Positions 12,876 to 25,974 are shown, counted from the first letter of the stretch. The stretch: DNA of 64,000 nucleotides from Octopus vulgaris (GCA_951406725.2 OX597836.1:40920001-40984000); one strand, 5' to 3'. Numbers and translations are program-made. The notes: a model not told the origin generated them from the letters alone.

Positions 12876-13549
12876 CTCTTTTACTTGTTTCAGTCATTTG
12901 ACTGCAGCCATGCTGGAGCACCGCCTTTAGTCGATCAAATCGACCCCGGGACTTATTCTTTTTGTAAGCCCAGTACTTATTCTATCGGTCTCTTTTGCGA
13001 AACCGCTAAGTGATGGGGACGTAAACACACCAGCATCGGTTGTCAAGCAATGCTAGGGGGACAAACACAGACACACAAACACGCACATGCATAGATACAT
13101 ATCACGTGACCAACCAGTCCATCAGATGTAGTTACACATCGCTGGTCACAATGCGTTCGCATTGTTTTAGCCTTCGAATGACGCCACCCCGCTGGCTAAG
13201 CGAGCAGGCCAACAGAAGAAAGAGTGAGAGAAAGAGTACAGCAGGGATCACTACCCCCTGCCGGAGCCTCGTGGAGCTTTTAGGTGTTTTCGTTCAATAA
13301 ACACTCACAACGCCCGGTCTGGGAATTGAAACCGCGATCCTACGACCGCTGCCCTACCCACTGGGCCATTGCACCTCCATATATACGACAGGCTTCATTC
13401 AGTTTCCGTCTACCAAATCCACTCACAAGGCATTGGTCGGCCCGAGGCTATAGCAGAAGACACTTGCCCAAGATGCCACGCAGTGGGACTGAACCCGGAA
13501 CCAAGTGGTTGGTTAGCAAGCTACTTACCACACAGCCACTCCTGCGCCT
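12876..13549 (-). mobile_element. SINE family A with a family D SINE (13098-13380) inserted in its microsatellite
   Basis: Both halves of family A flank a complete family D copy. Confidence 0.85.
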
Positions 13550-13914
13550 ATGGTTGAGTAAAATCACAGTTAATTGATCCTCTTGTTTTTTCTTTTACTC
13601 AAACCCAATATCTTTCGACATTTGGCCTGAATATGTACATGGCAGAGTCCAACTATGCCCAGCCAGTCCTAGAAACTGACAGATACTGAAGCTCTTTCTC
13701 ATCCACTTTTACTCCATCCCAACTTATAACTAAAATTGAGAGTGGTGGTGGTAGACACCTTTGTACATTGTGTGTAAAGAATTCAATGATGTAAGTACAG
13801 ACAAAATCTCTTCTCTATAATGAAATCAGGCTTTCTCAAAATATCTCAGGATACATGATCTATGATCTGGCAACGCCGGGTCATAGTGCTAGTGCATGCA
13901 TATACAGCTTCGTG

Positions 13915-14499
13915 CGCAGGAGTGGCTGTGTGGTAAGTAGCTTGTCTACCACCCACATGGTTCCGGGTTCAGTCCCACTGCGTGGCACCTTGGGCGAGTG
14001 TCTTCTGCTATAGCCTCGGGCCGACCAAAGCCTTGTGAGTGGATTTGGTAGACGGAAACTGAACGAAGCCTGTCGTATATATATATATATATATATATAG
14101 GAGTCGCTGTGTGGTAAGTAGCTTGCTAACCAACCACATGGTTCCGGGTTCAGTCTCACCGCGTGGCACCTTGGGCGAGTGTCTTCTGCTATAGCCTCGG
14201 GCCGACCAAAGCCTTGTGAGTGGATTTGGTAGACGGAAACTGAAAGAAGCCTGTCGTATATATGTATATATATATGTATATGTATGTGTGTGTGTTTGTG
14301 TGTCTGTGTTTGTCCCTCTAGCATTGCTTGACAACTGATGCTGGTGTGTTTATGTCCCCGTTACTTAGCGGTTCGGCAAAAGAGACCGATAGAATAAGTA
14401 CTGGGCTTACAAAAAGAATAAGTCCCGGGTCGAGTTGCTCGACTAAAGGCGGTGCTCCAGCATGGCCTCAGTCAAATGACTGAAACAAGTACAAGAGTA
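13915..14499 (+). mobile_element. SINE family A with duplicated 5' half
   Basis: Head 13915-14098 is followed by a full copy from about 14099. Confidence 0.85.
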
Positions 14500-14625
14500 T
14501 ACATGCAAGTACTGGCCAGTTTGAACATAAGACAGGTAAAATATTTTGACTAATGCTTAAAGGTTTGAAGATAGTAAAGAATTTAATGATGAAGAGATTT
14601 GACAGTTGGCTACAGAGAAGCTCCC

Positions 14626-15129
14626 GGTACTACTTGAGAAAGGCGGCGAGCTGGCAGAAACGTTAGCACGCCGGGCGAAATGCTTAGCGGTATTTCGTCT
14701 GCGTTACGTTGTGAGTTCAAATTCCGCCGAGGTCGACTTTGCCTTTCATCCTTTCGGGGTCGATAAATTAAGTACCAGTTACGCACTGGGGTCGATGTAA
14801 TCGACTTAATACCTATGTCTGTCCTTGTTTGTCCCCTCTGTGTTTAGCCCCTTGTGGGTAATAAAGAAATAGGTACTACTTGAGAACAGTAGCCCTGGTG
14901 CGCGCACTCGCGTAGTCGCGCATCCGCGCTAGCTAGTCGTGACTAGTCGATCCTACAACGACTACCTAGCAATGTAAATAAAACACAAAATAAATAAATT
15001 TTTTTACACAAACTAAATAATTTTTGTTAAACAAAGTAAATAAAACACAAAAATACAAAGTAAGGATCGCCTAGTCTCGACTAGCTAGTGCGGATGCGCG
15101 CACCGGGATCACTGTTCTCGAGTAGTACC
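14626..15129. mobile_element. GC-rich fold-back TIR element, left TIR interrupted by a SINE
   Basis: GGTACTACTTGAGAACAGT..GGTGCGCGCA..GCTAGCTAGTCG is mirrored at about 15078-15129; A-rich core. Confidence 0.75.
14641..14871 (+). mobile_element. SINE family B monomer with 15-bp TSD
   Basis: TSD ggtactacttgagaa at 14626-14640 and 14872-14886. Confidence 0.9.
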
Positions 15130-15377
15130 ATTTCTGTGGAAGCAAATGACAGTTTTCTGCTTGGAAATTCGCGGATTTTACATACACACATAAGAATAAA
15201 TATGCAATGTTTTTTTTTGTTTTTTTTCTTCAAGTTTAAAATGAGAAATTGCTGGCATAATTTCGTTATATCTATACTCCACACACCACGGAAATTACCC
15301 GAAGTGAAATGTTTTGATTGTGTCGAGTTATATCGAAAGAATGCCATTAAATGTTCTCTTACTCTCTCTCTCTGTTA

Positions 15378-15604
15378 CTCTTTTACTTGTTTCAGTCATT
15401 TAATCGAGCAACTCTTTTACTTGTTTCAGTCATTTGACTGCGGCCATGCTGGAGCACCGCCTTTAGTCGAGCAAATCGACCTCGGGACTTATTCTTTGTA
15501 AGCTCAGTACTTATTCTATCGGTCTCTTTTGCCGAACCGCTAAGTGACGGGGACGTAAACACACCAGCATCGGTTGTCAAGCAGTGCTAGGGGGACAAAC
15601 ACAG

Positions 15605-15651
<47 letters not shown>

Positions 15652-15820
15652 TACGACGGACTTCTTTCAGTTTCCGTCTACCAAATCCACCCACAAGGCT
15701 TTGGTCGGCCCGAGGCTATAGTAGAAGACACTTGCCCAAGGTGCCACGCTGTGGGACTGAACCCGGAACCATGTGGTGGTTGGTAAACAAGCTACTTACC
15801 ACACAGCCACTCCTGCGCCT
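15378..15820 (-). mobile_element. SINE family A
   Basis: Full-length family match with a partly duplicated tail. Confidence 0.85.
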
Positions 15821-16084
15821 GTATCTATTGAAATACACTTTTTAGATCACTATGATTTTACGAACGTCAAAATAGGAAATTACCGAGTAAAAGACTCTTT
15901 GAATCTTGATCAGATTTACCAAAAAAAAAAAAGAGAGAATGGAAAATGGGTTCTGACTATGAAATATCCCAGTCGAATTCCCAGTTCAGCTGATGCTGTT
16001 CTCACTGGTCCCGGTGATCTTGCTAACGACAAGAAAAACAGGGATTCGCAACCCTATATGACCCAATAAAAATGTTTTACTCAC

Positions 16085-16216
16085 TTCGTCATCGCTGTCT
16101 TGGCGATTTTGTTTATCTTTGGTTCTGCCCGGGGGTCTAACGGATTTATCCTCGAGAATCTGGTCGGCCAGGTGCGGGTTCTTGGATTTGTGTTTATCTC
16201 CTTTGACTTTCCCCAT
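16085..16216 (-). CDS. BYSL: Bystin, coding exon 1 (MGKVKGDKHKSKNPHLADQILEDKSVRPPGRTKDKQNRQDSDDE)
   Basis: ATG at 16216; 44 codons; ends GAA|gtgagt (phase 0); joins in frame to exon 2; LADQI motif typical of the bystin N-terminus. Confidence 0.88.
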
Positions 16217-16289
16217 AGCTGCGAAGTGTTAATCGAGAAATATTTAAAAAAACAAGGAAACTTTTTTTTCTCCTGAAATCATTAAAGGC

Positions 16290-16340
16290 ACGTGGAGACG
16301 AACCAACAGATGGCGGAAGTGGAGTTGCCGGAAGTTGCTA
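16290..16340 (-). promoter_or_regulatory. Putative TATA-less bystin core promoter (YY1-like and ETS-like motifs)
   Basis: About 90-120 bp upstream of the ATG: AGATGGCGG (16308-16316) overlapping CGGAAGT, and CCGGAAGT (16328-16335). These motifs are typical of housekeeping promoters. Confidence 0.5.
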
Positions 16341-16359
16341 CAACTACGCAGTAAATGGT

Positions 16360-17118
16360 ATCTATTTCTTTTTATTACCCACAAGGGGCTAAACACACAG
16401 GGGACAATCAAGGACAGACAAACGGATTAAGTCGATTATATCGACTCCAGTGCGTAACTGGTACTTAATTTATCGACCCCGAAAGGATGAAAGGAAAAAT
16501 CGACCTCGGCGGAATAACGCAGTAAATAGTATCTTTATTACGATCATGATGATCTTATACAGAATTATATATAATTATATATATATATATATACACACAC
16601 ATTATATATATTTATAAAGAGAAGGCGGCGAGCTGGCAGAAACGTTAGCACGCCGGGCGAAATGCGTAGCCATATTTCGTCTGCCGAATATATAATTCTG
16701 AGTTCAAATTCCGCCGAGGTCGACTTTGCCTTTCATCCTTTCGGGGTCGATAAATTAAGTACCAGTTACGCACTGGGGTCAATATAATCGACTTAATCCC
16801 TTTGTCTGTCCTTGTTTGTCCTCTCTGTGTTTAGCCCCTTGTGGGCAGTAAAGAAATATATAATATATAAATATTTTAAGGCGGCGAGCTGGCAGAAACG
16901 TTGGCACGCCGGGCGAAGTGCTGAACGGTATTTCGTCTGCGTTACGTTGTGAGTTCAAATTCCGCCGAGGTCGACTTTGCCTTTCATCCTTTCGGAGTCG
17001 ATAAATTAAGTACCAGTTACGCACTGGGGTCGATATAATCGACTTAATCCGTTTGCCTGTCCTTGTTTGTCCCCTCGTCCCCTCTGTGTTTAACCCCTTG
17101 TGGGTGGTAAAGAAATAT
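16360..17118. mobile_element. Cluster of three family B SINEs just upstream of the bystin promoter (16360-16515 minus; 16622-16858 and 16877-17118 plus)
   Basis: Family match. Confidence 0.85.
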
Positions 17119-17354
17119 ATACAGAATGGGACAATACAGGACAAACAGAAGACAAAAAATATTACAGGGTTCGAATGATTTAAATATTAAAAATTTACTT
17201 AAAAAGTATTTTATATACCGATTAAGTTTCCTTTAACTAGAACTTTATTTTAAAATAAAACTAAATCAAAGAAAGAAAAACGAACAAAAAGGTTAAAGGA
17301 TCGAACCCAGCAGCCTATAAAATCCCAGCAACGATCTTTTCCTTTCCTCAATGA

Positions 17355-18750
17355 TTAAGCTGGGTTACTAACACCCACCTTTCTCATCACATCCTTCCAT
17401 CGTTTCTCGTATTCTCTCGGTGGCAGGGTCCTCCTCTCCAACCCCATCTTGCTCTTAAGGTGGTATCTGAAGTAAGACAGCAAACCGGGTCTAGAGATGA
17501 AAGACCCTTTCACCGCACCTTCCATTCTCGTCCTCCAAACACACTCTTTCAGTACTGCAACCGTACAGTGAAAACATGCCTTACCTTCCTTTGGGAGTCC
17601 AGTTGGCGGTATCATCTTTATCATAGATTCAGCTGACAGCTGTACTCGTCCCAGATGTGACAGCACGTGTTCGACGTAACTTATCAAGCTAGATAGCTCC
17701 CGACATTGTACAATAGCGTGCTGGACAGTTTCCTTGTCCACCCGGCATCTTGGACACGTCGGTGACACTGGTACTCCGTGCCTGGATAACTTATCTCGAA
17801 CAGGTAAAGCGTTCCTATAACACTGCCAGGTCAGGGATTTTTGGAAGTTATCCAAATACCCTGGCCTGAAAGTTTTTTTAAACAGGTTGGCGAGTTGGTT
17901 CTCATCGAACCCCAGAGCCCCTCCTAGGACGTCATCGTTTTTTCCCTCTACCGGCCCTCTATAGAACACCGAGGTGGTATTCCCGCTGCCGGCCTTGCCC
18001 GCCTTGTGGATCAGCCAGAGTGCCTGACGGCACTCCTTCTGCCATGAAGTCAGGTTTCGTCTTTTAATGAGACCAGGTTTTAATCTCTCCAAGGAGGCCG
18101 GTCGCGACAAGAACTCCTCTGCCAGCGGACTCCACACTCTATCACCCTCCAGGTGGCACCAGAGATGTCTCAGCTTCAACGCATGCCTGCGCATCTTCAG
18201 CCAGGGCATCCCCAGTCTACCCCTTAACAGTTCCTGGCAGCAAACGGAGCGCTTCACAAGTGGCTTTCCTCCCTTCCACAAAAAGCGGAAGAGGATTCGT
18301 TCCAACTTGTTTAGCCACAAATTGGGGCAAAGCACCATGGACCGGCGGTAGGTGATTACAGATGCTATAAACACCTGCACCACCTCCGCCCTGGCCTTCA
18401 AGGACAGAGGCCTTCCGGACCACTTCCGTACTATGGCCTCCACCTTGTTCACTACCTCGCTCCAATTCTTCTCCGCCTGGGAGTCCGGACCAAACCAAAC
18501 TCCGAGCAACTTGACAGGATCATCTGTCCAGTATCCGACGACACTGGACGATATCGGCTTGTTCCTCCAGGTGCCGAGGCGCAAACCGATGGACTTGTCC
18601 TTGTTAACTTTTGCCCCTGCCACCTCTTCGTATCTTCGGAGAGCATCTTCTACACGAGGTAGTTGTGCTTCGTCGGACACGATGAGAGTGACGTCGTCCG
18701 CATAGGCAGAAACAGACCTACCGCATCCGATTTCTTTGGGGTTGCCGCCT
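17355..18750 (-). pseudogene. Still-open C-terminal part of LINE ORF2 (YADD, thumb, CCHC)
   Basis: The 441-aa ORF 17355-18680 extends upstream in frame through SVSAYADDVTL to the insertion junction. Confidence 0.88.
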
Positions 18751-18755
18751 AACTT

Positions 18756-19192
18756 AAATAATAATGAAATTATTGTATACAGTGCTCAGGTGCACCGCAA
18801 CTTGTCAGAAAGTGCATATCAAGTACATGCAGTAATGTAGAAATGTCTGGGAAGCGAACAATGTATGAGTCAGATACATGCTTGTGTGTGTATGGAGGGG
18901 AGAAAATCAAGTGTAGTGTTGGCGAATCTCAGGAAGCATGGACATTTTGAAGGATGCAGTGCTCCGACAACTAACCACTGATGCCGACAGTTTAGTTTGT
19001 TCCACGCTTCAGCAACTCTCAGCGTGAAAAAATGTTTCCTGAAGTCATGGGAGCTGTGCTGTTTTCTGACTTTGTAAACATGTCCACGGGTGTTAGATGG
19101 GTGGAGTTTGAAAAGGTGCTCAGAGTTATTGTTTGTACGATGGTTGATAATTTTATGGGTGTCTGCCAAGTCAGCTGCCAGACGTCGGAGTT
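18756..19192 (-). mobile_element. CR1-type LINE 3' fragment nested in the RT domain of the L1/Tx1 element
   Basis: LRRLAADL..TRGH..RKHFFTLRV..WNKL followed by a 3' UTR and (ATT)n tail; near-identical to 7260-7790; interrupts LLRRLE|KLGGN. Confidence 0.9.
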
Positions 19193-20778
19193 TTCCAACC
19201 TCCGCAGTAATGGCCCAAGAGCCAAAACGAACAGAAGCAGAGACAAGGGACAACATTGACGAACAAAACGCTTGATCGAAAACGGCTCCGTTAGGTAGCC
19301 GTTTATCTGGACTGTGGATTTGATGCCGCTGTACATAGCGGAGATCCGCCCGCGAAAGCCAGGGCCCAGCCCAGCTGCTTCGAGGACCGCCCCCAGGTAC
19401 TGATGGTCTACCCTATCGAACGTTTTACTTTGGTCTAAATGGACCAATGCCCCTCCTTTGTCGGCTAATTTTCCCCACCCTATCTAAGGTATAGCGTAGA
19501 AGGTGAAGATTATCCTGAATCGACCTGCCTGGGATTGCACATGTCTGTGCCTTCCCGACAAGTTTCTTCACGACAAACGTCAACCTTTTTGCTAGCACCT
19601 TGGCCAAAATCTTTAACTCTACATTAAGTAGAGTTATGGGCCTGTAATTACTGATACTATCCCCCTTGCTCGGGTCGTTTTGGATCAGTGTCACAACTCC
19701 CCGCCTCACAAAACTGAGAATCCTCCCGTTCTGTTGCCAGTTTGTATAGACACTCGCCAGTATATCCCCGAACAAGTCCGGCATACAACGATAAAACTCA
19801 CAGGGCAGACCATCTAGCCCCGGCGACTTTTCCCCGGCGCACTCGACCAACACCTATTTTACCTCCTCGGGAGTGATCGGTCCTTCTCAGCATTCAGCCT
19901 CACGTGTCAAAAGTCGCGGCCCACCGGCTAGGAAGTCCCTTAAGGGCTCCCCCCCTCCCGCTCAAGCGGGCCACTTTCCCCGAACAACTGAGCGAAATGC
20001 TGGTGAAAGACTTTCTGAATCTCCTCCTGTCCATAGATCTTGCGTCCACGCTCGTCCGTTAAAAACTTTATAGAGAACTTTTTACCTCTCTGACTCTCCA
20101 CACGACGTGCCCATCCAGCAACGTTAATACCTTCTCGCTTCCCTGCGCATAGCTTGGCTCTGACTCTGCAGCCTTCATGCTTGGCGTTGAGGTGGCGGTA
20201 CAAGACCGTTCTCGCTGCCAACACTCAAGATGCAGAACAAGATTCCATTGCCTCGTCTAAGTTCTTAACTAGATCGCCCTCTATTCTAGTCCTATCTAAA
20301 CTTAGCTGCTTGCTAAATCTAATGGACACTGAACGAATGGCTCTTTTGAGGGCGTGCCACCATCTATTGTTAATGATGGTGCCACATAATGCCCTCTGAA
20401 CTAAGTCCTTAATCCGGGTACGGAAAACTTCACAAGTCAAAATAGACTTGTTCATTTTCCAGTACCCGGGTCCCTGTCTATGACACTTATCTACCTGTAC
20501 CTCACACGTCACAAGTTTGTGATCCGTGTAAGGCACAATATAAAACTGTGGACAACTAACACTATTCTTATCTCTTTCCTTAATAAATACCCTATCTGGG
20601 TACGATCTGTGTGAGCCGTCGTTGTTACTCCACGTCCACTGTGGAACGTTCGGCTCATCCAGTCGGTAGCGGCCTACTACATTATAGCTCTCTAGTAGAC
20701 CCTTGAGGCAAGGATTCCCTTTCCTATCAGTTGAGCCCACACTATCGACCCGCGCTTCGAGGATAGTTTCTTTTTCTT

Positions 20779-21078
20779 TTTTTTGCGCCCTTTTCAAGCC
20801 TAGCCAGGCTCATGGGCCTGGTTTCCAAGTTTCTGTGGCGTATGTGTTCCTCCCAGCTGGACAGGACGCCAGTCCATCACAGAGTTACTCAAGAAACAAG
20901 AAGAAAGAGTGAGAGAAAGTTGTGGTGAAAGAGTACAACAGGGATCACCACCATCCCCTGCCGGAGCCTCGCGGAGCTTTAGGTGTTTTCGCTCAATAAA
21001 CACACACAACACCCAGTCTGGAAATCGAAACCGCGATCCTCCGACCGCGAGTCCGCTGCCCTAACCATTGGGCCATTT
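20779..21078 (-). mobile_element. SINE family D (tRNA-Arg-like head) nested in the LINE endonuclease region
   Basis: TGGCCCAATGGTTAGGGCAGCGGACTCGCGG..GGTTTCGATTTCC head; A-rich tail. Confidence 0.85.
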
Positions 21079-21842
21079 AGACGTCACTAGAAAGTGCTCC
21101 AGGTTCCGGTAAAAACCAGACTTCTTGCGGAGCGTAGACAGTTACCAACCTGAAGGACTGCTTAGTCGTATGAGTCACATCTAGTACAACCATCCTGCCT
21201 TCTGGGTCCAGAAAGACAGTACTTATCTCTAAGTCCAAGTTCTTCCTGATTAGGACTGCCACACCTGCACCCCCTCCTCGACTAGGAGAAATAAATTTCT
21301 CGTAACCATCCAGAAGAGGCGAGAACGCTTGAGGTCCACTCATCTTGGACTCGGTTGTGAGAGGGAGCATCGCAATTTATGTCTGCCAGCTTCCCCAGTA
21401 TTCCCCGTATCTGCTGGGCTTTTCGCCGGCGTTGCCACCGGGCTCTGGCTTGGAGTGGTTGCCGGGCTGATGATTAGCTTCCCAGCTATTACCTCCTGGG
21501 TAACATCTTTGATATTTTTGTTCAACAAATGTTCCTGGAGGAGCTTTTCTTTAAACTCCTCCTCTCCGACTTTTGCGTATCGCGTGTCGGGCTCGCCTCC
21601 CATTATTTAAAAAAATTTAATGCGGCTATTAGCATTGGTGAGTCTTAATACTTTCTCGTTCTTCTCATTAAACGATATAATTTTTACACCTTTTAACACA
21701 GGGGGTGGGGTTTATTAAAAAACTGACCTACAAATGTAGTGTTAGCTCTCCCACTCTCTCTCTCCTTCTCTCCCCCTCTCTCTCCCTCCTTCTCTCAAAT
21801 GGGGTTGACGAACTGTGAAAGGTTATTCTGTTGTTTAGTGTC

Positions 21843-24592
21843 TGAAAGAACGTAGCGGCAGACAAAATACCTATTTCTTTACTACCCACATGGGGCCAAA
21901 CACAGAGAGGACAAACAAGGACAGACAAACAGATTAAATCGATTATATCGACCCCAGTTTGTAACTGCTGCTTAATTTATCGACCCCGAAAGGATGAAAG
22001 ACAGAGTCGACCTCGGCGGAATATGAACTCAGAACGTAGCGGCAGACGAAATACCTCTTTCTTTACTACCCACAGGGGACTAAACACAGAGGACAAACAA
22101 GGACAGACAAACGGATTAAGTCGATTATATCGACCGCCGAGGTCAACTTTGCTTTTCATCCTTTCGGAGTCGATAAATTAAGTGCCAGCTGCGTACTGGA
22201 GTCGACCTAATCGACTGGCACGGGCTTAGGCCATCAAGGGAAGATGTGGCAGACACCACAGAAATGGTATATGGTTTACGGCACAAATAAATCACTTTAA
22301 ACCTGCTAAAATAATATTCGAAGTGGCTTATATGATCGGAAGTATAATTTCGAAGTGTTCAAGGTGAGGATCCGATCAAAGACTTTGCAATAAAAAATAT
22401 AAATCAAATGGAAATATACAAAACTAAACATTATTTTCCATCTTAATGTTAGTTTTGTTTCATGTTGAAAAATGAAAATTCATTTTATGGCGTATAATTG
22501 TTTATATTTTGAATTACATATACAGGGGGGAAACCAAAATCTTTCAAGTACAGGGTGCGGCAGAAATACCTCCCACATTTGAAAGGTTGACAAAAGGAAA
22601 AAGAAATAACATTTATGAAAAATTAATTTTACTGTTATCTAAACAAATGGTTACAGTTTTTGTTCATTAGCTAAATGAAAACATCATTGGCACTTGCAAA
22701 TGTGGGAGGTATTTCTGCCACACCTTGTACTTAGAGCCTCTATGGGTCTTAATCCGGCCCTGATATTACTGGACACGAAAGGCAGCGAGCTGACAGAACC
22801 GTTAGCACGCTGGGCGAAATGCTTGGCAGTTTTTCGTCTGCCGTTACGTTCTGAGTTCAAATTCCGCCGAGGTCGACTTTGGCTTTCATCCTTTCGGGGT
22901 CGATTAAATAAGTACTAGTTACGCACTGGGGTTGATGTAATCGACTTAATCCGTTTGTCTGTCCTTGTTTGTCCCCTCTGTGTTTAGCCCCTAGTGGGCA
23001 GTAAAGAAATAGGTATTTCGTCTGCCGCTACGTTCTGAGTTCAAATTCCGCCGAGGTCGACTTTGGCTTTCATCGTTTCGGGGTCGATTAAATAAGTACT
23101 AGTTACGCACTGGGGTCGATGTAATCGACTTAATCCGTTTGTCTGTCCTTGTTTGTCCCCTCTGTGTTTAGCCCCTTGTGGGTAATAAAGAAACAGACAT
23201 TACTGAACACATAAAAACAAAGAGGTCTTGGTCCTTAGCTCCCCTTTCGGTTGTTCACGCGAATCTAAAATGAATGTGATCCCCGTTCCACTTTCTTTTC
23301 TTCAGCATCATAGAGCAGTGAAAAGAAACAAATAAATAAATATTGGCTATTGAAGGAATTTACTACACTTTCAAAAATTGAAACTGGTAGACATCGAAGG
23401 TAATTTCTAGTCCATCCGACTGGATGCCCTGGCCAGTTCGGTTCTACAGTTTTTTTTTTAGAAATAATCATTAATTTCACCAAGTAGAGTTCAGCATGTA
23501 AAAGTCCCATTCAAGGAAGGTTTAAGTAATACTAAGTAATTAAGGGTTTAGCAACGATTTGCCTCACCACACACCGAATTTAGAAATAGCAGTCAAAAAG
23601 TTTTGGTTATTCTTTCTACTTAAAAGGGAGATCCCAGTAAAACTAAAACTGGTCAAATGTAACGAATCATTGTTGACTCAGGTCGTGGACTAACAAAACA
23701 ATTATCCGCTTATTAGGATCGGCTCAAATTCCGCCGAGGTTGACTTTGCCTTTCATCCGTTCGGGGTCGATAAATTAAGTACCAGTTTCGCACTGGGGAT
23801 CGATGCAATCGACTTAATCCTTTTGTCTGTCCTTGTTTGTTCCCTCTATGTTTAGCCCCTTGTGGGTAGTAAAGGAATAGGTATTTCGTCTGCCGCTTTC
23901 AAATTCCACCGAGGTCGACTTTGCCTTTCATCCTTTCGGGGTCGATAAATTAAGTACCAGTTACGATAAATTAAGTACCAGTTACGCACTGGGGATCGCA
24001 CTGGGGATCGATGTAATCGACTTAATCCGTTTGTCTGTCCTTGTTTGTCCTCTCTGTGTTCAGCCCCTTGTGGGTAGTAAAGAAATAGGTATTTCGTTCC
24101 GAGTTCAAATTCCGCCGAGGTCGACTTTGCCTTTCATCCCTTCGGGGTCGATTAAATAAGTACCAGTTACGCACTGGGGTCGATGTAATCGACTTAATCC
24201 GTTTGTCTGTCCTTGTTTGTCCACTCTGTGTTTAGCCCCTTGTGGGTAGTAAAGAAATAGGTCCAGTTTGGTGTATAGTTTCAGAAAAACACACCTCAGT
24301 GGGTGATATTTGCAATTATTACCTGCTGGAGTATTGGATATTAATTTCAATATACAGATTAAGGTGGTGAGCTAGAAGAATAGCAGCAAGCAGGCCGGAT
24401 AAAATGCTTAACAGCATTTAATCCGTCTTAGCGTTCTGAGTTCAAGTTCCACCGAGGTCGACTTTGCCTTTCCTCCTTTCGGGGTCGATAAATTAAGTAC
24501 CAGTTACGCACTGGAGGTCGATGTAATCGACTTAATCCGTTTGTCTGTCCTTGTTTGTACACTCCGTGTTTAGCCCCTTGTGGGTAGTAAAA
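21843..24592. mobile_element. Region dense in family B SINE monomers and multimers (21843-22215, 22779-23195, 23725-24262, 24360-24592)
   Basis: Repeated GGTCGACTTTGCCTTTCATCCTTTCGGGGTCGATAAATTAAGTACC body. Confidence 0.85.
22551..22727. mobile_element. Tc1/mariner-type MITE
   Basis: 31-bp TIRs CAGGGTGCGGCAGAAATACCTCCCACATTTG; TA on both sides. Confidence 0.88.
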
Positions 24593-24867
24593 TGATATAT
24601 CTGCTTATTAGGATCGGGGATAAAGAACAAAATCAGTAACAGAACAGAATATGTGTTCTCAGCAGCGAATTCTCGTGTAAGCTTAAGAAATGGATTGGCT
24701 CCCTTCAATTAAGGAAATAACACAAGGGAAGTAACTAATAAAATTACCTTAATGCCACAGAACTGATTACAAACGAGGACACACGCCCCACCGGTGGGGC
24801 CTGGGAAAAATGTGGTGGGGCGTGGGTGCCAAATTTTTGTTCTATTTTTTTAGTGAGACAGGGAATT

Positions 24868-25102
24868 ACTCTTTTACTTGTTTCAGTCATTTGACTGTGG
24901 CCATGCTGGAGCACCGCCTTTAGTCGAGCAAATCGACTCCAGGACTTATTCTTTGTAAGCCCAGTACTTATTCTATTGGTCTCTTTCGCCGAACTGTTAA
25001 GTTACGGGGACGTAAACACACCAGCACCGGTTGTCAAGCGATGGTGTTGGGGGGACAAACACAGATACACAAACATAGACACACACATACATACATACAT
25101 AT

Positions 25103-25159
<57 letters not shown>

Positions 25160-25326
25160 TACGACGGGCTCCTTTCAGTTTCTGTCTACCTAATCCACTC
25201 ACAAGGCTTTGGTTGGCCCGAGGCTATAGTAGAAGACACTTGCCCAAGGTGCCACGCAGTGGGACTGAACCCGGAACCATGCGGTTGGTAAGCAAACTAC
25301 TTACCACACAGCCACTCCTGCGGCCT
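24868..25326 (-). mobile_element. SINE family A
   Basis: Full-length family match. Confidence 0.85.
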
Positions 25327-25856
25327 ATGTTGCAGAGTATGTCGTTGAGTTACTCATTTTTGGCAGCTAAGTGGACTGGAGTAACATGAAATGAAGTGTT
25401 TTGCTCAAGAACACAGTGCACTGCCTGGTCCAGGAATCGAAACCATAATCTTACGCTTATGAGTCGAGCATCCTAACCACTAAGCTATGCACCCCCACAA
25501 TACTTTCCAGGTGTAAAACTCATCTGTCTATCCTTTCTTTTCCTCCCCTGTTGTCTCAACCCTGAAGAAGGAAAATGTCTGTAACATTGAAACCTCCAAT
25601 TACCACGACAATATTACTTTACTTTTTCCGTCCCTTTTTCAGATGAGACCAGTCTTATCGATACAGACCATCCCCTGTCTCTTTGGATTCTACTTCATCT
25701 GATATTAATTCCTGTTCCCTTATCATTTATTTGACTATATATATATGTGTGTGTATGTGTGTGTGGAGGCGCAATGGCACAGTGGTTAGAGTAGTGGACT
25801 CGCGGTCGGAGAATCGCGGATGATGATGATGATATATATATATATATTTATATGTA

Positions 25857-25974
<118 letters not shown>

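Larger units (their letters stand above)
17240..21620 (-). mobile_element. Decayed L1/Tx1-clade non-LTR retrotransposon (APE endonuclease, RT, C-terminal zinc knuckle) with nested insertions
   Basis: Collinear minus-strand pieces: GVAVLI/GRMVVLD and TWS..DR..TDHK (APE); KSPGLDG, NYRPITLLN, DQSKTFDRV, RQ..PLS and YADD at 18693-18704 (RT); CPRC..ETVQHAIVQC. Multiple frameshifts; AATAAA near 17245. Confidence 0.93.
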
